A stretch of DNA of 30,145 bases, taken from positions 1 to 30,145 of the forward strand of contig JBHIBS010000020.1 of the NCBI GenBank assembly GCA_046759165.1. The letters are read 5' to 3'. The notes beneath the pieces were generated by a model. That model was not told where the DNA came from and did no database searches. It saw only the letters and a program-made list of their open reading frames with translations. How positions within the stretch are numbered: position 1 is the stretch's first letter; each line of letters starts with the position of its first letter. The DNA comes from a bacterium. GTDB taxonomy: Bacteria > UBA6262 > WVXT01. Shown in pieces: positions 1-8,703 of this stretch. The translations under genes were made by a program, and so were the position numbers.

Positions 1-388
1 AATCTGAGACAGAATTCTCATCTAAGAAATATCTCTTAAATTTATCATCTCCTAAATTTCTAATTATTTGGACAATTTCCTCTTTGCCGTTTAAGAAAGA
101 TTCTATATTTAAGGAACTTCTATCTGCGGAAATTTCTTCTATTAGTTCATAAAAACGTAAAGGAAAATCTGTATGCGATAATTGCCATAATTTAATAACC
201 CTGTCATCCTTATACTGAATTAGTTTCTTAAATAGTGGCGAAGTTTTAACTTCTCGAACGAAATCCCTAAATTCTTTTTCTGAAAGTTCCATCAGATTAG
301 CCGATTTTATTCGACCAATTAACCTAACAACCTGTTTTGCTCTTTGAATTTTTTTCTGTTGAATTACCTGACTATTTATATTTCTCAT
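1..388 (-). CDS. Partial ORF running off the window edge; possible divergent sigma-54 (RpoN)-like N-terminus
   Basis: Manually translated, not in the ORF track: MRNINSQVIQQKKIQRAKQVVRLIGRIKSANLMELSEKEFRDFVREVKTSPLFKKL..., open to position 1. The Gln-rich start followed by LMELSEKEF...SPLF resembles RpoN region I (LLQLSxxEL...ENP). The diagnostic RpoN box would lie outside the window. Confidence 0.45.
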   Translation of the reverse strand, partial: MRNINSQVIQQKKIQRAKQVVRLIGRIKSANLMELSEKEFRDFVREVKTSPLFKKLIQYKDDRVIKLWQLSHTDFPLRFYELIEEISADRSSLNIESFLNGKEEIVQIIRNLGDDKFKRYFLDENSVSD

Positions 389-461
389 TCCACTTTTTTC
401 TTTTCTTTATTTGCTATTTCCTCTCTTAATTAACCAAATCTTGAAAAATTTATTCCAATCT

Positions 462-653
462 TTATTTCTTTATGTCAACAATAAGCTGACCACCGACTGC
501 TACATTCTCCGGCAAATTCTCCTTAATAAGTACCACAAACACCTCTTTATGTAGATTAAAAGCTCGAATTGCTGCTTCAGTCAAGTCGGCAGCTAATTTT
601 CTCTTCTTTTCTAAATTCTCAATCCGCGGTCCTTCTACTGTAATCTGTGGCAT
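462..653 (-). CDS. 4-oxalocrotonate tautomerase family protein (DmpI-like)
   Basis: 63 aa, catalytic Pro-1 (MPQITVEG), C-terminal ENVAVGGQL; SD AAAGGAGG upstream. Confidence 0.9.
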   Translation of the reverse strand: MPQITVEGPRIENLEKKRKLAADLTEAAIRAFNLHKEVFVVLIKENLPENVAVGGQLIVDIKK

Positions 654-671
654 TTTTTCTACCTCCTTTAA

Positions 672-928
672 CTATTTTTTGCGAATTCTTTTCATTTTAT
701 ATATTACCTAATTTTTAGGGTCTGGGCAAACAATATAAGCTATATCTTTGTCTTTTTCCCAGGGAAATCTTCCGCAAAACGTAAAACATAAATTGCCTGA
801 GAAATCGAATTATAAACACCTATACACATTCCTCCGGGTGTCTTTGAATCAATGTGGAATTGATTCCCTTTTTTAAAACCTTGTGAGCACTTTCCTTTAA
901 CAGACTTAACGGTTACTACAATCCTGAT
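672..928 (-). pseudogene. TIGR04076-family small protein pseudogene
   Basis: Reconstructed IRIVVTVKSVKGKCSQG...TPGGMCIGVYNSI...LRF/GRFPWEKDKDIAYIVCPDPKN*VIYKMKRIRKK. It has a 1-nt frameshift near 775, an internal TAG near 710 and no start codon. KGKC, GMC, FPW and CPD are family-like motifs. Confidence 0.75.
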
Positions 929-1396
929 AAGTTTTAGGCTCTATGGAATTTAGTCTGCTTTTATCATATTCTTTTAAGTTTTTTCAAAATTTATAAACAG
1001 TTGTAGTTCTTTTGCTCTTAGTTATATGACATATTTAGGTACATCGTTCACTCCAAATTCAACTAATTTGGGTTCGGGAGTATCAAACGAAAGTTCAATT
1101 AGAATAGGTAAATCTTTTGTTTTATTCGTCGATAAAATAGAGTATATTTAAAGCTTTGTTTGTAAAGCTCTCGCTTTACACTCCGTTATATAATTAAAAA
1201 GTTGTACACGATGTGTCTGTATTTGTTAGTTATATATTAGTACACTATTAGCGGAACCTTAATCACAATCGCTATAGGTTTCTTACTTGAAACCTTCTGT
1301 TGTACCACTGGGAGTCTGCATCGCCTACTCCCTCCAGTCGTAATATTCCTGACCATCTTCAACTGATGACTAATGGTTTTTATAGAACCTTCCTTT

Positions 1397-2203
1397 TTAC
1401 AATTTAACAATACACTTAGTCGGACATTTCTCCAGAGGTTTCTTCCAGTCGGTGTCCTCTTTTATTTTCCCGATGTCCACCCGGGCCAGGTTATCTTCCA
1501 CTTTAAAAAGTTCCGGACAGCTCTTCTCACATAGATTGCAAGCAATGCAGCCCACCGGGCAGATGCTTCTAACTACCTTTCCCTTGTCCAGGGAACTGCA
1601 GACTACGGCGATCAAGGGGCGAACTCCATCCCATATCTCCAGAGAGATTATCCTCCGGGGACAGGCCTTAACACAATTCCCACAACCGGTGCACTTCTCC
1701 CGGTCTATTCGAGGGAGTCCATCTTCCATAACGATGGCCTCGAAGGGGCAGACCTGAGCGCAATCCCCATATCCGAGACAGCCATAAACACAGGATAGTT
1801 CTCCTCCCGCTACCAGGATACTTGCCCGGCAGCTTCTCAGCCCTCGATAGTCCGCCCGGTGCTTTTTCTCCTCGGATTTAGCCCCGCAGTGAACGACGGC
1901 CATTTTCCTCTCCACTACCTGACTTTCTACCCCCAATACGGAAGCTAACTGCTCAGCTACATTCGCCCCTCCAGTCACACAATCGTTTACGGTTACTTCC
2001 TTGACTAAAAGTTTCTCGGCGAACAACCGGCAACTGGCCGAGCCACAGACTCCACAGTTGACTCCAGGAAGAATGGCATCTATCCTCTCCACTCTGGGGT
2101 CTTCCTTGACGAAAAACTTCTTACTGGCTATGGCCAGGACCAGGGCAAAGAAGGTTCCTAAGCCTGCCACGCTCAATATCGCTACTAAAGTCGTAGTATC
2201 CAT
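1397..2203 (-). CDS. rnfB: Rnf complex subunit B (polyferredoxin)
   Basis: N-terminal TM helix, LPGVNCGVCGSASC, several CxxCxxCxxxCP motifs; last gene of the rnf operon. Confidence 0.95.
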   Translation of the reverse strand: MDTTTLVAILSVAGLGTFFALVLAIASKKFFVKEDPRVERIDAILPGVNCGVCGSASCRLFAEKLLVKEVTVNDCVTGGANVAEQLASVLGVESQVVERKMAVVHCGAKSEEKKHRADYRGLRSCRASILVAGGELSCVYGCLGYGDCAQVCPFEAIVMEDGLPRIDREKCTGCGNCVKACPRRIISLEIWDGVRPLIAVVCSSLDKGKVVRSICPVGCIACNLCEKSCPELFKVEDNLARVDIGKIKEDTDWKKPLEKCPTKCIVKL

Positions 2204-2330
2204 AATCTATCAAAAAATTAATCAGACACTAATTTACACTGATGAATAGAACGATATTTCTTATTTGGTTCTAATCTGTGCCTTGATTTTAATCTTTTTC
2301 TTTCTGTGTCCTCTGTGGTTTATGCTTTTG

Positions 2331-2912
2331 TTAAGCTGAGGGTAGTCCGGCAAAACCCATAAAGGCTAAAGCCATTAGTCCAGCGGTAAGTAGCGTGATC
2401 GCCGCTCCCTGAAGGGCTTCCGGCACATCGGCAAACTCCAGCTCCTTCCGGATGCCGGCCATAATGACAATAGCCAGGGTAAATCCCACTCCCGAGCCAA
2501 AACCAAAAAGGATACTCTGGATAAAATTATACTCCCGCAAAACCAGAAACAGGGCACTGAAAAGAATAGCGCAATTAGTAGTTATGAGAGGAAGATAAAT
2601 ACCCAGAGTGCGATAGAGGCCTTGGCTAGTCTTTCTGATAAACATCTCCACTAACTGAACCAGAGAGGCGATGACCATGATGTCGGTAACATACTCCAGA
2701 AAACGCAGGTCGAACTTGATGAGGATAAAAGTATTGATCAGCCAGACCACAGGAGCAGTTAGAGTCATCACAAAGGTCACGGCCATACCCATGCTCAAAC
2801 TGGCCTTCACCTGGGTGGATACCCCGATGAAAGGGCATATCCCCAAAAAATATTTCAGCACAAAGTTGTTTACTACCACAGCACTGAAAATGATTAAAAG
2901 AAGCTCGCTCAT
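2331..2912 (-). CDS. rnfA: Rnf complex subunit A
   Basis: NNFVLKYFLGICPFIG and LGIYLPLITTNCAI motifs. Confidence 0.95.
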   Translation of the reverse strand: MSELLLIIFSAVVVNNFVLKYFLGICPFIGVSTQVKASLSMGMAVTFVMTLTAPVVWLINTFILIKFDLRFLEYVTDIMVIASLVQLVEMFIRKTSQGLYRTLGIYLPLITTNCAILFSALFLVLREYNFIQSILFGFGSGVGFTLAIVIMAGIRKELEFADVPEALQGAAITLLTAGLMALAFMGFAGLPSA

Positions 2913-2924
2913 TCCCTCTCCTTT

Positions 2925-3560
2925 TTAATGGCATACCGGTCTTTTATTTGCCTTACCCGTAAAGACATTGCTGATACCGATCAGCGTTCCCAGAGTGAGG
3001 AAGGCTCCCGCCGGCAGGAGCATGATTATCCACGGACGAAACCCCCCTCCTTTGCCCACGAGGGCTAAAATCTGAAATCCGAATATCGTCCCCGAACCCA
3101 GAAGCTCTCGGATGCTGGCTAAAACGATGAGAGCCAAAGTGAAGCCCACCCCCATACCCAAGGCATCAGCCACGGCCCGATGGACAGGATTCTTGGAAGC
3201 AAAAGTCTCCTGACGACCCAAGATTAAGCAGTTAACGACAATCAAGGGAATATAGGGACCCAGAGCCTTGCTGATGTCCGGAAAGTTCCCTTTAAGAAAG
3301 AGATCTACTACCGTTACAAAGGTAGCAATAATAACTACAAAAGAGGCAATCCTCACCTGATGAGGAAATACCCTCCTGAAAAGGGAGATGATGGCACTGG
3401 AGCAAAGGAGAACGAAAGATGTAGCCAAGCCCATACTTAATCCAAAGATAGCCGCATTGGTTACCGCCAGGGTAGGACACATACCCAACAACTGCCGAAA
3501 AACAGGGTTCTCCTTCCACAATCCCTTAAGAGCATCTTTGAATAAAACATACTGTTTCAT
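2925..3560 (-). CDS. rnfE: Rnf complex subunit E
   Basis: ENPVFRQLLGMCPTLAVT and IPLIVVNCLILGR motifs. Confidence 0.95.
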   Translation of the reverse strand: MKQYVLFKDALKGLWKENPVFRQLLGMCPTLAVTNAAIFGLSMGLATSFVLLCSSAIISLFRRVFPHQVRIASFVVIIATFVTVVDLFLKGNFPDISKALGPYIPLIVVNCLILGRQETFASKNPVHRAVADALGMGVGFTLALIVLASIRELLGSGTIFGFQILALVGKGGGFRPWIIMLLPAGAFLTLGTLIGISNVFTGKANKRPVCH

Positions 3561-3672
3561 TCAATCTTTCCCCTTCTCAAATAATTCTTAGTCAATAGTC
3601 AATGGCAAAAATCTTTAACTATGGACAAGGGGCTGATTTTTGGACCAAGAACTGGATTCAATTCTGGAACAC

Positions 3673-4239
3673 TCACTTCACTTTAAGTGCTTCCGATACC
3701 ATAGCTATCTCTTTATTAAGCATATCAACTACCGCTGCTGAGGAGATGGTAGCTCCGGTTATAGCATCGATCTCCCCGGGTTTCTTGGGCGTGGCCGGAT
3801 TTCTGTTCCTAATGTATGTTATCTTCGGCGTCACAGCGAGCCCCTTAAACTGTTCTTTGAACTCCTGAGTGGTAATCTTTCCCCCTAAACCAGGAGTCTC
3901 CACGCTCTCCAGAACCTCTATCCCCAACAACTTTTCCATCTGACTATCCAGGCCGAGCATCAACTCAATCTTCCCCTGAAAGCCTGGTCCTTCCACTTCC
4001 AAGGCTGTCCCCACCAAGTTCCCCTCTCCATCAAGTCCTCTATAAATGACTAGACCATTCCTCTCCTCCACTCGATAATCCTTGGCTTCGGGAAGGACGG
4101 TAAAGATAGCTTCCTTTAACCTCTTTAACCGCTGTTGCTCGATGAGGGGCGCCACCCGCTTATATACTTTAACCAGGGTCCCCCCGGAAACAGCTCCTAC
4201 CACGGTAAGGACGATTACCATTTTAGTTGCCGGAGACAT
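3673..4239 (-). CDS. rnfG: Rnf complex subunit G (FMN-binding)
   Basis: N-terminal TM helix, ETPGLG, and flavinylation motif IDAITGATISS. Confidence 0.95.
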   Translation of the reverse strand: MSPATKMVIVLTVVGAVSGGTLVKVYKRVAPLIEQQRLKRLKEAIFTVLPEAKDYRVEERNGLVIYRGLDGEGNLVGTALEVEGPGFQGKIELMLGLDSQMEKLLGIEVLESVETPGLGGKITTQEFKEQFKGLAVTPKITYIRNRNPATPKKPGEIDAITGATISSAAVVDMLNKEIAMVSEALKVK

Positions 4240-4242
4240 TTT

Positions 4243-5193
4243 TCACCTTCTTTGATGACGGCCTCCGAAAGGTTTTGGCCGAGTGTATCTATTGATAAGG
4301 GGAGTAGCCATATTCATCAACAATATGGAATACATCACTCCCTCGGGCAGTCCTCCCCAGAGGCGAATGATTATTAGCAGTATACCACATCCGAGGCCAA
4401 AAATCCACCTCCCTTTCTTGGTCACTGGGGTAGTTACCGGGTCGGTGGCCATAAACAGCGCTCCCAAAAGGAGACCTCCCGCTAAAAGATGAAAGAGTGG
4501 GGACGGAAACTTGGCAGCATTGACCAAGTGAGTGACTCCCCCAAGAATAAAGACGGTGCCTAAATAACTGAGAGAGATTCTCCAGCCTATGAGCCTTCTC
4601 CAGAATAAGTATGCCCCACCCAGAAGAAGAGCTAAAGCGGAGGTTTCTCCTAAGGAACCTGAGGTCCACCCCAAGAACAGGTCAAGAAGGGGAACTATCC
4701 CTCCTTGAAACTTCATCAGGGCAAGGGGAGTGGCTGCGGTAACGGCATTCAGGCTAAGGGGCTCCGTCCAGGTGGTAAGGAGCACAGGGAAGGCAGCCAT
4801 CAGGAAGGCCCTTCCCACCAGAGCAGGATTAAAAATGTTATAACCTAACCCTCCGAATATCTGCTTCCCCAAGGCAATGGCCATCACCGCCCCCAAGGCC
4901 GCTATCCCCAGCGGAAGAGCCGGAGGAAGAACAAGGGCTAAAAGAAGTCCGGTGACCAAAGCGCTGCCATCGAGGAGTGTTACTTTCCTCCGACGCGCCT
5001 TCCTGAAGATAACTTCTGTAATTAAGGAGGCAAGAATGCAGACTATGATAAGGCTTACGGCCTTTCCCCTGTAGAAATAGACGGAGGCCGCTACCGCGGG
5101 AATCAATCCGTAAATAACCCCTCGCATCATGGAACCAACATCCTTCTCATCCTTGATGTGGGGTGCTGCAGTTATGATGAACTCTTCTTTCAT
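4243..5193 (-). CDS. rnfD: Rnf complex subunit D
   Basis: FGGLGYNIFNPALVGRAFL, AVTAATPL, GSLGETS, FMATDPVTTP. Start moved from 5286 to ATG 5193 (MKEEFIITAAPHI), which overlaps the rnfC stop as ATGA. Confidence 0.93.
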   Translation of the reverse strand: MKEEFIITAAPHIKDEKDVGSMMRGVIYGLIPAVAASVYFYRGKAVSLIIVCILASLITEVIFRKARRRKVTLLDGSALVTGLLLALVLPPALPLGIAALGAVMAIALGKQIFGGLGYNIFNPALVGRAFLMAAFPVLLTTWTEPLSLNAVTAATPLALMKFQGGIVPLLDLFLGWTSGSLGETSALALLLGGAYLFWRRLIGWRISLSYLGTVFILGGVTHLVNAAKFPSPLFHLLAGGLLLGALFMATDPVTTPVTKKGRWIFGLGCGILLIIIRLWGGLPEGVMYSILLMNMATPLINRYTRPKPFGGRHQRR

Positions 5194-6500
5194 GTGCGTT
5201 TTATCTCTTGAAGTTCTGCTTTCCCTAACTTGAAAAGGTGAACCAGAGGAATATGAGCCGGACAGACATACTGGCAGCATCCGCATTCCATACAGTCGAG
5301 GATGTTATAGTCGTTAAGCCTCTCCCAGCGGCGGGCTTGTACCTCTTTCCTTATCTCAGTGGGGAGAAGTCCCATGGGGCAGGTATCCACACAGCGAGCG
5401 CACCGGATACAGGGCATCTCCTCTCGAAGGTCTACCTCTGTCTCCGCCAAGCAGAGGATGCCTGAAGTGCCTTTGGTCACCGGCACACTTAAGGTATACT
5501 GGGCTAATCCCATCATCGGCCCTCCGATAATCACTTTGCCAACATCTTCCCGAAATCCGACACATTCCTCAATCAGATCGCCGATGGGCGTTCCTATCCT
5601 CGCCCGGAGATTAACAGGATTGTTCACTACTCTTCCCGTAACCGTAACCACTCGCTCATATAAAGGTTTGCCGAACCTCACCGCCTCGTAGATGGCCAGA
5701 GCCGTCCCCACATTATTGACTACGCATCCCACATCCAGAGGGAGACCGCCACTGGGGACCTCCCTGTCGAGTAGAGCCTTTATCAACTGTTTCTCAGCTC
5801 CTTGCGGGTATCTCACCTGCAGAGGAACTACTTCTACCCTTTCTTCCTCCAGGAGAGCCTCGTTCAGGGATTCGATAGCTTCTGCCTTATCTTTCTCTAT
5901 GCCCACATAAGCCTGCTTCACCCCCAAGGTTCTCATAATTATCCTCAATCCCTGGACTACCTCATTAGTTTTCTCCACCATAATACGGTAGTCGCAGGTG
6001 AGATAGGGTTCACATTCCGCTCCATTCAGGATAAAGGTATCTATCTTCTTTCCTTGGGGAGGAGTAAGTTTGACATGAGTAGGGAAAGCCGCCCCTCCCA
6101 ATCCCACTATGCCTGCTTGCGCTATTATCTTCCTCACTTCGTCAGGAGCGACCCCTTCCGGCTCCCGTGGGGTGAACTCCTCTCGCTCGTCCTTCCCATC
6201 CCCCTCAATGACGATAGCCAGACCACTTCCCAACACCGAATGAGGATGTTTCTCTATACCTACCACCCTGCCGGAGAGGGATGAATGGACAGGACTAGAG
6301 ATAAACTTGTCGCTCTTCCCAATCCGTGTCCCTACCTTAACCTCATCGCCGATTTTAACTGTTGGTTCCGCCGGCGCTCCGGTATGCTGACTCAAAGGAA
6401 TAACTACTTTCCCCGGAAGCTTTGCTTCCTTAATCGGTTTGTCACTGGTGAGCTCCCGGAAATACTGGAGGTGAATTCCTCCGCCAAATGTTATGGCCAT
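5190..6500 (-). CDS. rnfC: Rnf complex subunit C
   Basis: TFGGGIH, GIVGLGGAAFPTHVKL, NGAECEPYLTCD, two C-terminal 4Fe-4S motifs. Confidence 0.96.
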   Translation of the reverse strand: MAITFGGGIHLQYFRELTSDKPIKEAKLPGKVVIPLSQHTGAPAEPTVKIGDEVKVGTRIGKSDKFISSPVHSSLSGRVVGIEKHPHSVLGSGLAIVIEGDGKDEREEFTPREPEGVAPDEVRKIIAQAGIVGLGGAAFPTHVKLTPPQGKKIDTFILNGAECEPYLTCDYRIMVEKTNEVVQGLRIIMRTLGVKQAYVGIEKDKAEAIESLNEALLEEERVEVVPLQVRYPQGAEKQLIKALLDREVPSGGLPLDVGCVVNNVGTALAIYEAVRFGKPLYERVVTVTGRVVNNPVNLRARIGTPIGDLIEECVGFREDVGKVIIGGPMMGLAQYTLSVPVTKGTSGILCLAETEVDLREEMPCIRCARCVDTCPMGLLPTEIRKEVQARRWERLNDYNILDCMECGCCQYVCPAHIPLVHLFKLGKAELQEIKRT

Positions 6501-6503
6501 CTC

Positions 6504-7119
6504 TTATCCTCTAAAGTTAGCCCTCGCTTCGCTCGCAATTGCTTTTGCTCCGCGAATAGATCTGGCTGTCTCCTCGATATCCTCCTCATTTAGAAAGGCA
6601 GGCATCACCGTGGTTTTAAATTCATAATCAACTTTGCTTCTCATGAGAATATCAACCTTCTCTTTTACTCTCTCCAGATTAACCTTCGTTTCCACCAATG
6701 TGTCCTTTCATATTTATTACTTTCATCTTTATTCTTAATATCCATAATTACAGAATCAAGCAACTCCTCCTCTATCAGCTCTCTGGACATCTCCGGGTGA
6801 CTGCCGTTAGTCTCTATCTTCACCGGCATATTCCCCCCTTTCATCTCCCCGATGAACTCGGGAAAAGAGATATGAATGGTCGGTTCTCTTCTGGAAATGA
6901 CTACTCCATCCAACCAGCTCTTCTGTCTGTGTATGCCCCCCTCAACCTGCCAAAAGGACCCCTTATCCAAATTCTCTGGGTGGTCTCTGGGTGAAAGGCA
7001 AAATCAGGAACATAACACTATGGACATCTAAAGTTACAGGGAGGCGAAAAAATGACGGAAGCTCTCCTCCCGTCTCATTCTATGAGAGAGTTCTCCAAGA
7101 AACCTTCCATCTCCGACAC
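6504..7119 (-). pseudogene. nrdG: Decayed radical SAM anaerobic ribonucleotide reductase activase (NrdG-type)
   Basis: Three frame pieces: MEGFLENSLIE*DGRRASVIFSPPCNFRCP*CY (CxxxCxxC with two nonsense codons), WLDGVVISRREPT...VKIETNGSHPE...MDIK, and VDYEFKTTVMP. The 3' end is truncated near a gcgagcgaagcgag repeat-like motif. Confidence 0.8.
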
Positions 7120-7504
7120 GGATGTAGCACTTAGACTCTCCAATCAAATACTTCTTAAAATCCTCAGATTTGCACACTTCTCCTCTCCATCCGGCCTCCT
7201 TCCTTCCCTCGTTCTTCAAGATAGTGGTGGAAACCTTCTACATACTATAGAAAGCCCCTTCGGCCAGAGCATCTACCGTGTGTCCATATGATAAAAGTTA
7301 ATTTATACTTTATCAGAAATATTGAGGCTTCCCCGAATTCATGGCAGAAAGGAGAGTTAGTGTAGAGAATAAAGATTGCAAAGTGAAACTTTATGAAGCC
7401 TTATTTTATCAATCTTAAAAGGCAATAAAAATTCTACAAAAAAGTCTATTGGGCATTCTCCTTGTTTTAAATTTTTGTGCAAAGAAATTCTATGTGGTAT
7501 GTGG

Positions 7505-7533
7505 ATTATAAATTAAAATTTCTGGCTGGTCTA
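7505..7533 (-). promoter_or_regulatory. Possible sigma70 promoter facing the nrdG remnant and rnf operon
   Basis: TAGACC-17 nt-TATAAT on the minus strand; AT-rich background makes a chance match possible. Confidence 0.3.
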
Positions 7534-7554
7534 GATTACTTAAAGGGTTAATAA

Positions 7555-7791
7555 TTAATGGCACTTGGGCGGCTTGCCATGAAACTCTTTATCGCTAGCA
7601 CTAATCATTCTGTCCAGGAATCTTCCCCACCAGCCTTTCTTTTTGAGCCACTTTTCCGGATTCTTAGAAAATTTCTCTCGGCAGCCTGGAGCGCAGAAGT
7701 AGTAAGTTTTGCCATTGTATTCCAGCCTATGCTTTGTTGTTTTTTCGTCTACCATCATCCCGCAAACTAAATCCTTGACCATGTCCCTCAC
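7555..7791 (-). CDS. YHS/TRASH-domain metal-binding protein with amphipathic C-terminal extension
   Basis: KDLVCGMMVD...YNGKTYYFCAPGCREKFSKNPEKW, then WWGRFLDRMISASDKEFHGKPPKCH. Confidence 0.85.
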   Translation of the reverse strand: MRDMVKDLVCGMMVDEKTTKHRLEYNGKTYYFCAPGCREKFSKNPEKWLKKKGWWGRFLDRMISASDKEFHGKPPKCH

Positions 7792-7930
7792 CCCCTTATA
7801 CTGGCTGGGCTCCTTTCGGCTTTAACAAATTTTTCTATATGTTTCTACCTTTAAAACAATCGGGGAATGAAAGGAGATACTCAGCACTGCTTGAACTTCT
7901 CCACCATCTTCTCTTAAGTTTTCCCGGTAC

Positions 7931-8674
7931 TTATTCTAATGGGTAACCTAAAGGCATTATAAAAAGTGGACGTCTATCTTCAGAGATGCCTAATACTTCT
8001 TGAACCGCTTCATCCATAAAAGCGCCTACACTTACTGTTCCTAATCCCAAAGACTCTCCCTGAAGATAAATATTTTCCGCTACCGCTCCTGCCTCCATAA
8101 TGGCATATTTGGGGCCTCTTTGTCCATATTTTGCCATTGTTCTCTCATACACCGCAGTAATTACTATATCACAGGAAGCCTCTTTAATCCACCGCTGGTC
8201 AAGTGCTGCTTTTGCCAGTGCGGAAAGTAAATTGCCATCTTTGACCTTTTCCAACCCATGCTCTTGTGGGAGGTAATGGTAAACTCCTTTAGGTAAGACA
8301 ATGTAAATCTCTATAGGATACAAAGCGCCTGCAGAAGGAGCAGCTCTGAGTTTATAGCCATCAATCTGGCCAGTTATTCCCTGGGCTGCCCAGAGGACCT
8401 GAGAAAGTTGTCCTAATGTGATAGGTTTTTGTTTATAAAGCCGGCGGGAACGCCGATGCAATATTGCTTCTTCTATAGAAACACCACTTTGGGACCGAGG
8501 TTCTGGAAGAATGACATAATTTTGTCCTATTTGGTCTACCGATATCTTAGGTTCTAACCGAACTCTCTTTTTAAAAATCCCACCATAGACAAATAAGCTC
8601 AATAATATCCCGGAGCTAATAATGGAAACGAAGACAAAATTTCTCTTAAGCATTTTGTTTTTATTTCTCCACAT
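7931..8674 (-). CDS. SagB/ThcOx-family (nitroreductase-fold) FMN-dependent dehydrogenase with N-terminal membrane anchor
   Basis: SIEEAILHRRSRR, LSQVLWAAQGIT, RAAPSAGALYPIEIY, EAGAVAENIYLQ; hydrophobic N-terminal segment FVFVSIISSGILLSLFVYG. Confidence 0.88.
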   Translation of the reverse strand: MWRNKNKMLKRNFVFVSIISSGILLSLFVYGGIFKKRVRLEPKISVDQIGQNYVILPEPRSQSGVSIEEAILHRRSRRLYKQKPITLGQLSQVLWAAQGITGQIDGYKLRAAPSAGALYPIEIYIVLPKGVYHYLPQEHGLEKVKDGNLLSALAKAALDQRWIKEASCDIVITAVYERTMAKYGQRGPKYAIMEAGAVAENIYLQGESLGLGTVSVGAFMDEAVQEVLGISEDRRPLFIMPLGYPLE

Positions 8675-8703
8675 TTTTCATCACCTTTAGGTATTTTAAG
8701 AAT

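Noticed and set aside
6990-7119. Selenocysteine or pyrrolysine read-through in the nrdG-like frame
   Set aside because: TGA and TAG fall at positions expected to be Trp and Tyr, and frameshifts plus a degraded GGEP motif (RREP) indicate decay.
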